A DNA stretch of 64,000 bases, taken from NCBI RefSeq assembly GCF_964355755.1, contig NC_092680.1:16625045-16689044 (forward strand), in the 5' to 3' direction. Below, piece after piece: positions 25,602-38,066 of the stretch (its first letter is position 1; each line of letters starts with the position of its first letter). The notes under the pieces are model-generated. The model searched no databases and was not told the DNA's origin. It was given only the letters and a program-made list of their open reading frames with translations. The position numbers and the translations under genes are program-made. The DNA is from Antedon mediterranea. Lineage: Eukaryota > Animalia > Echinodermata.

Positions 25602-26186
25602 ACATGATTAAATATAAACAAGAAATATTTCTTACAAAAAACGCTGCTCGCTTATTGAAAAATATTTTTTATTTCAAACGTTTTTGAATGTGTCATTTTA
25701 TTGTCACATAATATTTATTTTACCTGAAAAAATGTAATTTAAAGCATCAATGGTTTTTGGGTTTCTTTTCTCTTTTTATATGTGAATAAATATTATTATA
25801 TTTTTTTGTTACAGAATTGAATATTTAATTTCTGTCACTTTAGTTTTATTGCTAAGGTCAAGTCTGGGGTCACTTCATCACCATAGATATTCCAAGTGTG
25901 AAGTATCCTATTACAAACACAAACTTTAATGAACTGTTTCGATAATAATTCAATGAATATCTGACAGTGAATATACCTGAAATGCTTTGGGATTTGTAAT
26001 TTTAGCATGACAGGTCCTAATAGACTCTTTCCAGACGTTTTTTGGGTCTACTGTAGCAGTTGGAATCAATAAATTATAGTGGAGTTTCCATTTTCGCAAA
26101 ACTGTCGTCCTTAACTGCTGCTTGCTTTAGCTTCTGATTGAGTAGTCCTAATGGGACGTAGCGGGCTAGAGCAGCAGCGTGAAAAA
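25602..26186. repeat. About 600 bp repeat, inverted copy of 14607-15230
   Basis: Ends ...gagtagtcctaatgggacgtagcgggctagagcagcagcgtgaaaaa. Confidence 0.92.
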
Positions 26187-27359
26187 AATTGACATAACAA
26201 AGGATAAAAATGCAGATGCAAAATTAGTATCAAAATGTGTATTGCTTTTATTAAAATGCATTGGTAATTGACAATGATTGAATACAGTAAGTCAATTATA
26301 ATAATTATATTATTCATTTTACACTAATGTTAATTACTATTTTACAATATTTTCATGAAATTACCATAAAATTGACTGATGTCATTCATCACCTAAAAAT
26401 CAAGAATTAAGAAAATCAATGAAGTATCTTATATTGGAAGTTCAAGGTTTATTTGAAATATTAGGAAACTAAGATTTCAGGTTTAATTTTTTTCATCCTG
26501 ACTGACATGTATCTGAGGTCGTCACTCATCCTTTCGACTGGGCTGAAATTTACCAGCAACCTGGGTATATCTACCAACTTTTCAGAAAGAAGTATATCAG
26601 CCAAATGTGGAGAAGACTTTTTAACTTCTATGCCTAGGACCGGATTTCTTTCCCCAAAACTATGAAAAGGGGGTTGAGCGTATGTCGATATGACTATGGT
26701 TGAGCCGCCCTGCCCTTATCCGCTCAGCCACTCGACTCTAATTAATTCAGTTTTTTCTTGCATTAAATACAACTTCTGGAAATGTTCTTTCTCTTTTTTC
26801 AATCAGTAGAACAATAACATCTAAAACTGTTTAGAAGTTTATAAAATACTTTATTTAATTTAAAGTTCATTTTAGACAATAAAAAATAGGCCTTTTTATA
26901 ATTGTAAAATATAATAGAAAAAAATAGTGTATTATAAATATCACTCATAAAAATGTGAGTTGGAATTCATGACACATTTGTTGCTAATTTATTTTCAGTA
27001 TTGATTATTCTATAGTTAAGCACCTAAAATTTGAATAACTACGTATTTATGTTTCTACTCATCTTGTTGGCGACAAAGAAGCTTACACCTCTTTTCCCAT
27101 ATTTAGGATATTATTTATCAGACAAGTTAGAATGACCAATTCTCGGCATCAAAATAAGGGTACCGGAAGCCAACATTCGAACAGTCAATATCTTATATCT
27201 TATATCGATTTTACAAAAAACAAAATGTCAAAACGTACATATTAAAGACCAAGATAGTTGTCAACAAATCTTGTATAGAAGTGGATAAAGTCAGCCGCTC
27301 GTGTTTCTACAATGTTCTAGACGTAAAAACACTAGTTCAATTTCAAATATTCTTAAAGG

Positions 27360-28355
27360 CCTGTGGCCGTATTCACCAATCTCACTTAGGCTAATGGAAA
27401 TACTTACCCTTAAATTTAAGAATTCCCTTAACAAAGGGAAACACTTAGTGGGTATTCACAAATGAGTTAAGGGATTCACTTACCTAAGGAAAACACTTAA
27501 TTTAGCGTAAAACGTAAGGGTAAAAATAATCATAAATATTCATGAGTTGCTCCATTGTCCAATCACAGAGGATTTAATTCTCCTATGGTCCAATCACTTT
27601 CCTCTCGAAAACTAATTTGCATATTTGAAAAAGAGTAAGGGGATGGGGGACGGGGAGGATGGAGAGAAAAGTGTGTGGACGATGATCAATAAAAAGAAAA
27701 TGGCAGTCTAAACAAAAACAAGTAAATGAATATTAGACCTAGATTAATTTGTATGAGGAAATCAAGCAAAATAGTTCTAGCCTAGATGCTACTAACTAAC
27801 CAACATTCTGTGTAGGCCTAAACCTGTCTGTATTGAGGCATATGAATCCGAGGGTGGTTACTGGGTAGCATCTCTACCTAGCCTCTACTAAAATGAGGGC
27901 TAATTTCTATTACAACGAAATGGGAAGCCATCTTCCACGAAAATAATGCCAGTCAAAACAAAAAATAAATGAATATATATGCCTAGATAGACTAATTTGT
28001 ATGGTGAAGATTAGCAAAAAAGGTCTAGGCCTAAATGCTATACTCAAACCAAACATGAATCCTAGGCTATCTCTACCTAGCCTAGACTGGGGCTATATAC
28101 AAGTAAGCATAGTACTCGCACATACAGAATCGCCAGCACAACCAAGGTACTGAATAGTTAAGGGAACTTATAAGGGACCTCTGAGGTCCCTTTAAAGTTA
28201 AGGGGAAAATAGACCAAGTTAAGGGTTTCCCTTAACCTTAAACCCTTTGTGAATCCCACTTAAGTGAAACCCTTAATATTTTCTTGATTTAAGGGAAATT
28301 CTTAGGATTTAACGGAAATATCTCACTTAAGTGTGATTGGTGAATACGGCACAGG
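27360..28355. mobile_element. About 1 kb MITE with long imperfect TIRs (Harbinger-like)
   Basis: cctgtggccgtattcaccaatctcactta / taagtgtgattggtgaatacggcacagg. Inverted similarity continues about 150 bp inward through repeated ttaaggg/cccttaa motifs. Confidence 0.85.
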
Positions 28356-28916
28356 TGCGGGCAAAAAATACATTTCAATAATTATCAATGTATTGTTTCC
28401 CCTATGTTTCATAAATGTTGGGATTTTACACAAGCTTGTGGAATATAAGCACTTTCTTATCAGTGGGGGATAGTTCAAATTACACAGTAACATCTATATT
28501 CTTTGGTACACAAATGTTGTAAATAGAGAGGCATTTTCAAAAACTATGAAAAATAAACGGTGTGGTAAAAAAATGTTATCAGACGACTAAATATAGGTAA
28601 TATAACTTGAATTTTACGTTTCTATTATTTTTATTCAACTTCATAGTTTTATTTTTATGCTATAGCAAAAATTATCCACCGTATATCCACCATCTGTTTT
28701 CACCTTCTAGAGAGTTACCAGACATGTTATTTCATTATGAAAAAAAGTCTTCCTGGTTTTTATAGCAGCAGAATTTTGCCAAATTTTGTATTTGACCATT
28801 TTAAAGAAAATTCATGTTGTTTCATCTTGATTTCTTGTACAAATATTTTATTTAGATATTATATTTAAAATCCATGCCTGTACCTGAGCTTTAAACCAAG
28901 AAACATCTATCAAATT

Positions 28917-29679
28917 GACGCTATTCCAAGAAACTGGAAAGTTATAGTGGTTGAGAAACCCTATTGTTATATACATAAAGAGGTTGATACAATAGACAAA
29001 AATGTTAATGTTACTTCAAATTATACAACTGTCAAACAATTCTATTTCACTTTTACCGAGGTAGCATATAAAGCGTGCATACCAAAAGCACAAGATAAAT
29101 GGGAAAACCAACTTCAAAATTGTTTTATCGACTGGAATCTATGTTGGAAAAACAAAGTTAAGAGTATGTTGCACATAAAAAGAGTGGCTTTCTTTAATTT
29201 TAAGTTGCTACATAAAATTTTACCAACTAGGTGTAAGCTAAAATTATGGAATTTGTCAAACAGTAATTATTGTGAATATTGTAATGAGGAGGTTGAAAAT
29301 GAAAAGCATATGTTATTTACATGCAAAGAAGTAAAACATTGCTGGGTAAAATGTTGCGCTATGCTGAAAACATGTTTTGCATTTACTCAGGAAGTTACAT
29401 GGGAGAAAATTTTACTTGGAAAATATGATGTCAAAATTAATGAAATATTTTCCATTTTAACTTTCTGTGTTTATAAAAATAAAGTCAAACACAGACTAGG
29501 ACTTGTTAAAAAATGTCCATGGTTAATTTTCACTGCGGAGTTAGAAGATATAATCAATTGTGAGTTTTTAATAAATAAAGAAAAGGCAAAAAAAATGTGG
29601 TCAGATATGAACCGTAACAATTTAGCAAGGTATAAAATTAACGTTTATAAAATTGATATTTAGGTAAAGTAAAATATAA

Positions 29680-29710
<31 letters not shown>

Positions 29711-29977
29711 GATTGCCTGAAAGAGATAAAAAGAGTTATAAAATTAAGAATTCTGTGGTAAATTATACGTACATTGTTGTTTTTTTCTTTCCTTATACAG
29801 TACTATTATATATAAAATGCAATGGTAGGAGTGAGATATCAGTTGTACTGAAAGTTAGTTAATGTCAATTATATTGTATTGTATCATTACATTACTCATG
29901 TGCTCAATGTACTCATTGTAAACGAACATTTTATTGATGAAGAAATAAAAGTGGGTCGATCCTACATAAGACAAAAA
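28917..29977 (+). mobile_element. 5'-truncated L1/Tx1-clade LINE (zf-RVT C-terminus, 3' UTR, A tail, 16 bp TSD)
   Basis: ORF 28947-29663 has FNFKLLHKILPT..LKLW..CEYCNEEVENEKHMLFTC..W (CCHC zf-RVT). AATAAA and A tail follow. TSD aaacatctatcaaatt at 28901-28916 and 29978-29993. Confidence 0.93.
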
Positions 29978-31689
29978 AAACATCTATCAAATTTTAAAAT
30001 TACTTATAGACTTAAAGATTGTTTTATTCACATCAATGTCATATCACAATTATAACTTTAATTAATCGCACTCACCTGTAATGCAATCATAAACCACCTT
30101 ATGTTAATCCTTCTCACCTGCCTGACGTAGGTAATCAATCGTAGAAAAATAGGCAAGTGTTGATTTCAGGTTTGACTTTATTGTTGTTATAATTTTGTGT
30201 TTGTTAGTAATAGTATTACCTTGACATATAAATTTAACAATTTCCTATTATTAAACAAAAATATTTGATTTCTTTTATGTACGTGATATTTGGCTTCCTC
30301 AGTTACAAATGTATTACATAAATCTGAAGGATTTTTACCTTTCCCTGTGGCAGTTTGTATAGAGGAAAATGTATTTAAGTCACAACTAAGAGAAAGAAAG
30401 ACAGAACATCATGAAATGATAAATATTTTAGATTGAACATCATATACTGTACTAATTCTTATCTTCTTAATTTACTTTTATTCAGTTTCAATAAAATAAT
30501 ATTATTGCTGTATGTAACCTGCATAAAGATCGTTGAATTAGGTAGTAGATATCTATGTTAATTTGAGCTTAGGACAAGGTACTTAGTTCTTAGTGATGAG
30601 TGACGCTGAATGTAATTATCCAATTTCATGAAAATGAAGACATGTATCTACCTGCCATGTGAATCGGCGGGGGATAACCCCCTAAATGTAGAAAACTAAA
30701 ATTCCGCCCAAATTTGGCTCCGTTCTTCGGGAAGAAGTAGCCGAACAAAAAAATATATTAACAATGAGGAGACCCATTGGCATGAATGAACGCTGACCAT
30801 AAGCTAGATACTAGTTTGTTTAGTTATTATCCACCAGTTGGCGTTTCTATTTTTACCTGGAGACTGTTTTGAGCCCAAGTATATGTATCAAACGTCATAT
30901 GTGCCAAAATGTATTTTTTTTAAATCGTTAATGAACTAACAGATAATTCACGGCACGTGCGTGTGTTAAGTATAGGTCTATAAATTGTAATTAAAAGTAA
31001 AATTTAAATTATTATTCTTCATTACTTCTTCATATTTTCAAATGCCAACAAAAACCATCATAAAAAAGTGTATTGAAAATGATTGATGCTATCGAAATTC
31101 ATGCATTATTGTAAGATATTGTTTCTTTCTTTTCTTTGTATTATTTATAGCCTGTTTTGTAAATAAAATTAAAAGGTTAAAGACAATTTAAAATATCAAA
31201 GGTTAAAAAATACATGACAATAATAATACGAGTATGATAGTACTGTGCATTACTACAGAATCTATTAGTTTAGTTTATAGAATTTTCTATTGTAAATACT
31301 GAACTTTAGTTACACTGCATTCTCTTTCAATGCCTATAATTGTCCAGAATATTAAAACAAGTTATTTATATATATAAAGATGCTGTCTGAAAAGCATTTT
31401 GATTTTAAAGGTCGCCAATCTTAAATACAATAATGATTTCTCCTTCTCGTGTACATTGTTTCTATTGTTTTGGCCTATCATCATTATCTTCGGATATATT
31501 GGGTCGTTTTTAATGTTCAACTATAACAATAACGTATAATAATAATAATAAAAATGTGTGTATAATAGTTATTCCATTCCGACTGTGCATCGGGTGCTAT
31601 CTGTCAAATTGCGTAATTCATGATTCGAGACAACATAAATCATCTGCAATATCAACTGCGCACTTACAGTCTGTTTTCCCAGGTACATT

Positions 31690-33090
31690 TTTAACGGTTC
31701 TCCTTGTTCACTCTGTTGAGAATTATGAAGTCAGTTGTTGGAGACCTCTTTGACCGTGTACATACTTATTCTCCATACAGTAGCCTTGGTTCAATTGACG
31801 ATTCATCGGATCCACTCTGTTAAGTATAAAGTCAGTTTTGGATTATTCTTTGACCGTGTACATAAGTATTCTCCAGACACTGGCCTTGGTTCATTTGACG
31901 ATTCACCGGATCCACTCTGTTGAGAATTATGAAGTCAGTTGTTGGATTCCTCTGTGACCGTGTACATACGTATTCTCAAGATAATTGTCTTGATTCATTT
32001 GACGATTCACCTGATCCACTTGTTGAGAATTATGAAGTCAGTTGTTGGATTCCTCTTTAACAATGTACATAAGTATTCTCAAATAATTTTCTTGGTTCAT
32101 TTGACGATTAACGGGATCCATTCTGTTGAGATTATGAAGTCAGTTGTTGGATTCCTCTTTGACCGTGTACATAAGTATTCTCAAGATAGTTGTCTTGGCT
32201 CATTTGATAATTCACCGGATCCATTCTGTTGAGATTATGAAGTAAGTTGTTGGATTCCTCTTTGACCATGTGCAGGCGTATTCTCAAGATAGTTGTCTTG
32301 GTTCTCTTGGCGATTCACCGGGTTTACTCTGTTGAGATTATGAAGTCAGTTGTTGGATTCCTCTTTGACCGTGTGCAGGCGTATTCTCAAGATAGTTGTC
32401 TGGGTTCTATTGGCGATTCACTGGGTTTACTCTGTTGAGATTATGAAGTCAGTTGTTGGATTCCTCTTTGGCCGTGTGCAGGCGTATTCTCAAGATAGTT
32501 GTCTTAGTTCTCTTGGCGATTCACCGGGTTTACTCTGTTGAGATTATGAAGTCAGTTGTTGGATTCCTCTTTGAACGTGTGCAGGCGTATTCTCAAGATA
32601 GTTGTCTTGGTTCTCTTGGCGATTCACCGGGTTTACTCTAAGAATTATGAAGTCAGTTGTTGGATTCCTCTTTGGCCGTTTGCAGGCGTATTCTCAAGAT
32701 AGTTGTCTTGGTTCTCTTGGTGGTTCACCAGGTTCTGTTGAGAATTATGAAGTCAGTTGTTGGATTCCTCTTTGACCGTGTGCAGGCGTATTCTCAAGAT
32801 AGTTGTCTTGGTTCTCTTGGCGGTTCACCGAGTTCACTCTGAGAATTATGAAGTTAGTTGTTGGATTCCTCTTTGACCGTGTACAGGCGTATTCTCCAGA
32901 TAGTTGTCTTTGTTCTCTTGGCGGTTCACCGAGTTTACTCTGAGAATTATGAAGTTAGTTGTTGGATTCCTCTTTGACCGTGTACAGGCGTTGACGGTTC
33001 ACTGGCTTCACTCTGTTGATAATTATGATCAAGTCAATTACTGGATTACACTTTAACCATATACATGAAGTTCCTCCAGACAGTGGTCTT
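31690..33090. repeat. Tandem array of about 100-104 bp units (about 13 copies)
   Basis: Unit gagattatgaagtcagttgttggattcctctttgaccgtgtgcaggcgtattctcaagatagttgtcttggttctcttggcgattcaccgggtttactctgtt; the central period is 103 bp. Confidence 0.96.
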
Positions 33091-33835
33091 CGTTCTTTTG
33101 ATTCGTTGTGTGCCTTTTGTCGGATAGCGTAAGAAGATACGTCACGTGACGATAACGGCGTTAAGGCGGAAGGATATTGTCATTTTTATGGCAGCATGTA
33201 AAATGTAATATAATAAAACTCCATCTGCTAAAAACTACTGACAAAATGTGGATGCATAAAGCTTCTAATCACTCCTTGTGGCTAAGACACGGATGATGTA
33301 GGCCAATACTACCTGTGGTCATTTACAAGATTTCTTTACATAATCACTTGCGGAAACAAGTTATTCAGAAACCCGATATTTACTCCATCCTATATTACTT
33401 TTCAAGGCTGATACTTAAAACTTGACTGGAGGGAAGTAAGAATAATAATTATCCATAATGCCATAGAACTGTCTCGTTTAAAATTCGTCTCAAATAAAAT
33501 TTGATGCGGGTAGTAGTCAAACTATTTCTAGTTGTACTGTATTTACCCCAATCAGACTTCCTGCGAGCCAGAAGGTAATTGATGTAATAAGTCTAAGTAA
33601 CTGATTTTATAAAATGCACTATACAGATGCACTATACTTTCTACCCACAAAACAAAATTAACAGTTATTGAAAGATATAGTGACATGGAAATAATTCATT
33701 GAAAGTCAATACCAAGGAATAAATTGATGGCCAGCTACTGTATTTTAATCTATAATATTATTATTCTTATAGGCAGGCTTTCATTTCACTGTATACCAAC
33801 AAGCGTTGTGCACTAGTACTATACTAACATAGACA

Positions 33836-34290
33836 TTTTTTTTCTCGTGGGGCCAACCCACTTTTATTTCATTCTTCATATTACACATTGTAGTTATATA
33901 TAGAAATTGTATAAAATGTCATTAAAAAAATGTTTTAAATATATATATATAAATAAAAATTAAAATAATAATAAAAACATTTAAAATTAATACATGTAAT
34001 TTTAAGAAATACAAGTTAATAATTTTTTTTTTACGTTACCCCATTTCTTTTTTGCCTTGTTTATGTTACAAGCATATTGATTCTGTATAAGATTTTTTAG
34101 CTCAAATCGGAACAAGTTCCAGACGACTTTTGATCTAAGTTTTGAATGCTTTTCTAATGATTTAATAAAATTTGTTTTATAAATACAAAAAGTAAACAAT
34201 GATAATAATTCATTAACATTTTCACTTTTTGTTCCAAAAACAATGTCTAGCCAATCATGTACGGTTTCTTCAAGTGTATAGCATTTTAGA
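33836..34290 (-). mobile_element. Short 3' fragment of a second L1/Tx1-clade LINE
   Basis: ORF 34002-34310 aligns by eye with the C-terminus of the 28947-29663 ORF (WLDIVFG..NELLSLFTFCIYK vs WEKILLG..NEIFSILTFCVYK; KAKKKW vs KAKKMW). It has the same aaataaaagtgggt 3' end and an A tail. Confidence 0.85.
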
Positions 34291-34456
34291 ATCATTATTA
34301 ATAATATCAATAATCGATATTCAAATGACGAATTAAAGAGGGCCTCTAAATATAAATAATTTGTCCAGCTGGAATGATTACCCTATAAATATAGTTGAAT
34401 AAGCTATAAAAAAAATAATAAGAGAAAATCTTACACGAGCATATGAACAAATGCTT

Positions 34457-34712
34457 ATTTTTATTTATTTTTTTGTTTACCATATTTAATGAGGGTGATC
34501 CATCCAGCAATTGCTGAGCATTAGGGACCATCAGAAGTTCACAAGACAAACATATACACAAGCTGCTCAACATAATCAAGTCGTATTACAAGTCTTTAAG
34601 AGTGGATTTGTCTTGTCTTTAGAAAAAATCCGGACATGTTACGGGACGGACGGGAACCCGGGACACTTGGAGTGGTAGCCAAGCATCATAACCACCAAGC
34701 CAAACTCTAACT
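34457..34712 (-). mobile_element. tRNA-derived SINE family 3, copy 1
   Basis: Minus-strand head tggcttggtggttatgatgcttggctaccactccaagtgtcccgggttc with an A-rich tail; close paralog at 61478-61728. Confidence 0.85.
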
Positions 34713-35317
34713 CCAATGTGATTATTGACGTATGCATTTAAATATTTTTAATGAATCAATGTTTCAATGTACACTTAATTTTGTGTTACACGGATAATAA
34801 TGATGGATATAGCTTACTTTTATGCCTAATCACCGGAGTTAAAATAGAATATTGATGAACCTCGGTATGGTAATAACGTGATAAATTCAAACTATCCGAT
34901 AATATATCTTCGTAGAGGGTTCTTCTTAGCTTCTGTGTCTTCTAAATTAAATCAATGTCAATTAACTTATTCTCTTATTTTGAATACGTCTGCCCTGAGC
35001 AGTAATAAACGACTGTTGTCTCACCTCATCATGTGTAGTCTAAAAACCCTTCACTGTCTTAATACTTACAGGGGTGACAGGCGTGTATGTCATGTATAAT
35101 TGATTCTGTAGGTACTCTCGTGTGGTTTAATTGAACGAATAAATAGATTGATTTAGGAGGTTGCATTCGCCACAACATTAGAATGAATTTGATTGACCGA
35201 TACAAAATCAGAAATAAATGCCATGTATTGAATTATACAACAAAGTAATCAATCTTTTTCATAGGCTACATAGATATTGAAGGCAAATTCATAAAAGGAT
35301 GAACTAACTTGGGTGAT

Positions 35318-35979
35318 ATTATACGAAATAATAAATAACTCACTGACTGATTCGACTCAGTCTCGTTGAATAGAACCGTCAATATCTCAACTTGTCTCAG
35401 TCTCTTTGAATAGAATAGTCAATCTTTCAATTCGGCTCAGTCTTGTTGAATAGAATAATATATCTTAACTCAACTCAGTCTCGTTGAATAGAACCTTCAA
35501 TATCTCAACTCGACTCAGTCTCGTTGAATAGAATAATCTATCTTTCAACTCCGCTCACCTTTGTTGAAAGATAGATTTCTAGTTTTCAACTAAGCTCAGT
35601 CTCGTTGAATAGATTACTCTATCTTTAGACTCGGCTCAGGCTCGTTGAATAGAATCGTCAATCTATACATATTTTTAATATATGAATATTCATTATTTGT
35701 TTTATAACACAGCAGGTGTTTTCGAGTAAACTTTTATTCTAATATTTCACCGTTTTTTCCTTGGCAATCAAATGTCGAAGCAAAGTCTATAGCAACGCTC
35801 GGGTTTTTCCCCCGAAGCATGCAGAGCAGATACGGAGAACTAACAAGTTGCCTTCCGGTCGCGTAGAAATAAGGTGCTCACAATTTCAATATTTATGTGA
35901 CAAAAGTACTATAGTTCATTAAATAGTTGAAAATAATATATTTGATACAGAATCAATCAATCACTTGGGTGTGTTATAC
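35318..35979. mobile_element. Double-inverted-repeat element containing an about 38 bp tandem array (35345-35665)
   Basis: Unit tcaactcgactcagtctcgttgaatagaa...aatatc, about 8 copies. Junction attcattatttgttttataacacagcaggtg; right end cacttgggtgtgttata. Confidence 0.7.
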
Positions 35980-36146
35980 AAATTATTACGAATTGGTGAA
36001 GCATTAATTTAATACACTAGGGAATAATATAATTATTAACTTTATTAGTAATATCGGAAAGTTGAAAGCATGGTTCGGTAGATTAGTACTAGCTGTTGGT
36101 AATGTTAGATAGAAAGTATAGATAATGTCTTCAAAGATCATCAAGA

Positions 36147-36248
36147 AAACAAGGCCACATAGATAGCTGCAGTCGGTTGTTAGTGTTTACCGACCGACCG
36201 ACCGACCAACATAGGGAGCTGTAAAGTCGCGTTGCACGCAACTAAAAG
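36147..36248. mobile_element. Short Helentron-associated (HINE/DINE-1-like) element
   Basis: aaacaaggcca...(ccga)n...gtcgcgttgcacgcaactaaaa; related inverted copy at about 49750-49845. Confidence 0.55.
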
Positions 36249-37928
36249 CAATAAAATAGTGCATAGGCCTACCCTATAGTTTTAAAATGAGACTTTGTAG
36301 ATGGAGAACACAGACTATTGAACTTGGCTATGACAATGTTTAAGGTTAAGTATTACATTTTTTATGGATTTGTATGTATATCGGTTAATAACAATGATTT
36401 TAAAGAGCCAGTAAAACATTTATACTCCCGATTGATATATTTCATTTATGAATATTATAATGATTCCATTTTAGTTTTTTGTGTCCATTTTTAGAAGAGG
36501 CACAACATTGCTGTTTATATATATATATAATGTAAGATTAATCATCCTTCTAGTCATCCGGATGCATATATCATGTATTCAACATTATTAATATTTTATT
36601 TTTGAAAACCGACTGAATTTCAATTGTAAGAGTAATACGAGCACCCCATGTGACTCTAGAAATTAGCCTTAATATCGTAAGTAGTTGTATGTATTCTTCT
36701 AAGTTATAAAAATCGTTTTCAGGCCTACCATGAACTAATAATAATAATATTCAATCGTTATTATTATTACAAGAACACGTATGGAAGGCTTTTTTTAAAT
36801 CTCATTATAATATTAAAATCGTTATTTAGAAATTAACTAAAATAATGAGTTCATAAGGTTATTTGCACTTATTGTGTTCTTTGTCGGTAATTTCTAAATG
36901 AATAAAAAAGTATTTCCTGGATTAAAACAACACGTATCTGCCCTATTTCGGCTTGGTGGATAGGAAAAGGATTCGAATGCTTTGGAAGGTAATGTATTGA
37001 ACCATAAGTACAAATCTCAAGGTCTTATAGTTCGTACACATTGATTAGTTACCAACCAGTAAACCTTAGATAAACTGAAATAATAATGATACAAGGTACA
37101 TAGCTTATGTATTGAATAATCATCGCCGCCGCTGCAGCAGCTGTCCACAGTTGTTATTGAGATAATTCAAATCTATCATTTGTAATATCAATCATTCATC
37201 ACGTGTTCAATGTCTTAATCCAAACGCGTTACTTTAATGAATTACTGGTTACTTTATTTACGCGTTTTACTAGTTCATATTCAGGGTGTACAAACATCGC
37301 CGGAAATTGAATATCTAATTTAATAAGCAGGTCGTTGGATTGTACTGTAGTTTCATCAAATACTAGTGATATTGTATACAAACATATGTTAATGAGAAAA
37401 AGATTAAAACATTTATATAAAACAGTCTGAACTGAAGCTTAGATGCTAGTGTGTGCCACTGTTCACACATGCATGTGTCGCGCGCTCACTGTTATGCAAA
37501 TTAGATAGTTTAGATAGTGTGTATTCAATGTTAGAACAGTCCGTTAAAGAATTTCGGTAGATAACATTTAATACCTTACGAATACAAATAATATTGAATT
37601 ATATGTTTTGATATTCAATTTCAATATTGTCAGGGCTGCCTGTAATGTATGCGAGCTTTTTACATTTCCACATGTTAGTATATAAATATTGCATAAATAG
37701 GATGTTGAAATGGGTTATCATAAATCAGGAAACAATCTTAGTATGGTATAATATTTACTCGCATGATAATTTGATCAGATGAATAGGCGCGGATTATTAT
37801 ATTATTGATTTAGAATCAATATATATATATATATATATTTAAAATGAAAACAAATGTTTAATCTTGTACTTGAAATCTACGAAGATGTTATCTAAACATG
37901 TATGTATGCATTAATTGTAATATCTTAA

Positions 37929-38066
37929 GCTCTGCCTATCAAACTATCAAACTTTATGTGACAACAAAATGTGATGTGCCCATACATGTACATTATGATG
38001 TCATATCACTACCATTATTTGGGCACATCACACTTTTTTGTCAAACTAGTTTCATAATGTAGACAT
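37929..38066. mobile_element. MITE family 2 copy
   Basis: ctatcaaactttatgtgacaa...ttgtcaaactagttt core shared with 46938-47097 and 50890-51033. Confidence 0.8.

Noticed and set aside
26500-26740. Additional minus-strand SINE (gagtggctgagcggataagg A-box-like)
   Set aside because: No B box or full second copy found; insufficient support.
31690-33090. CRISPR-like array or cluster of small repeated genes
   Set aside because: Units are contiguous with no unique spacers and there are no cas genes; the short ORFs are frame-shifting artefacts of a 103 bp period.
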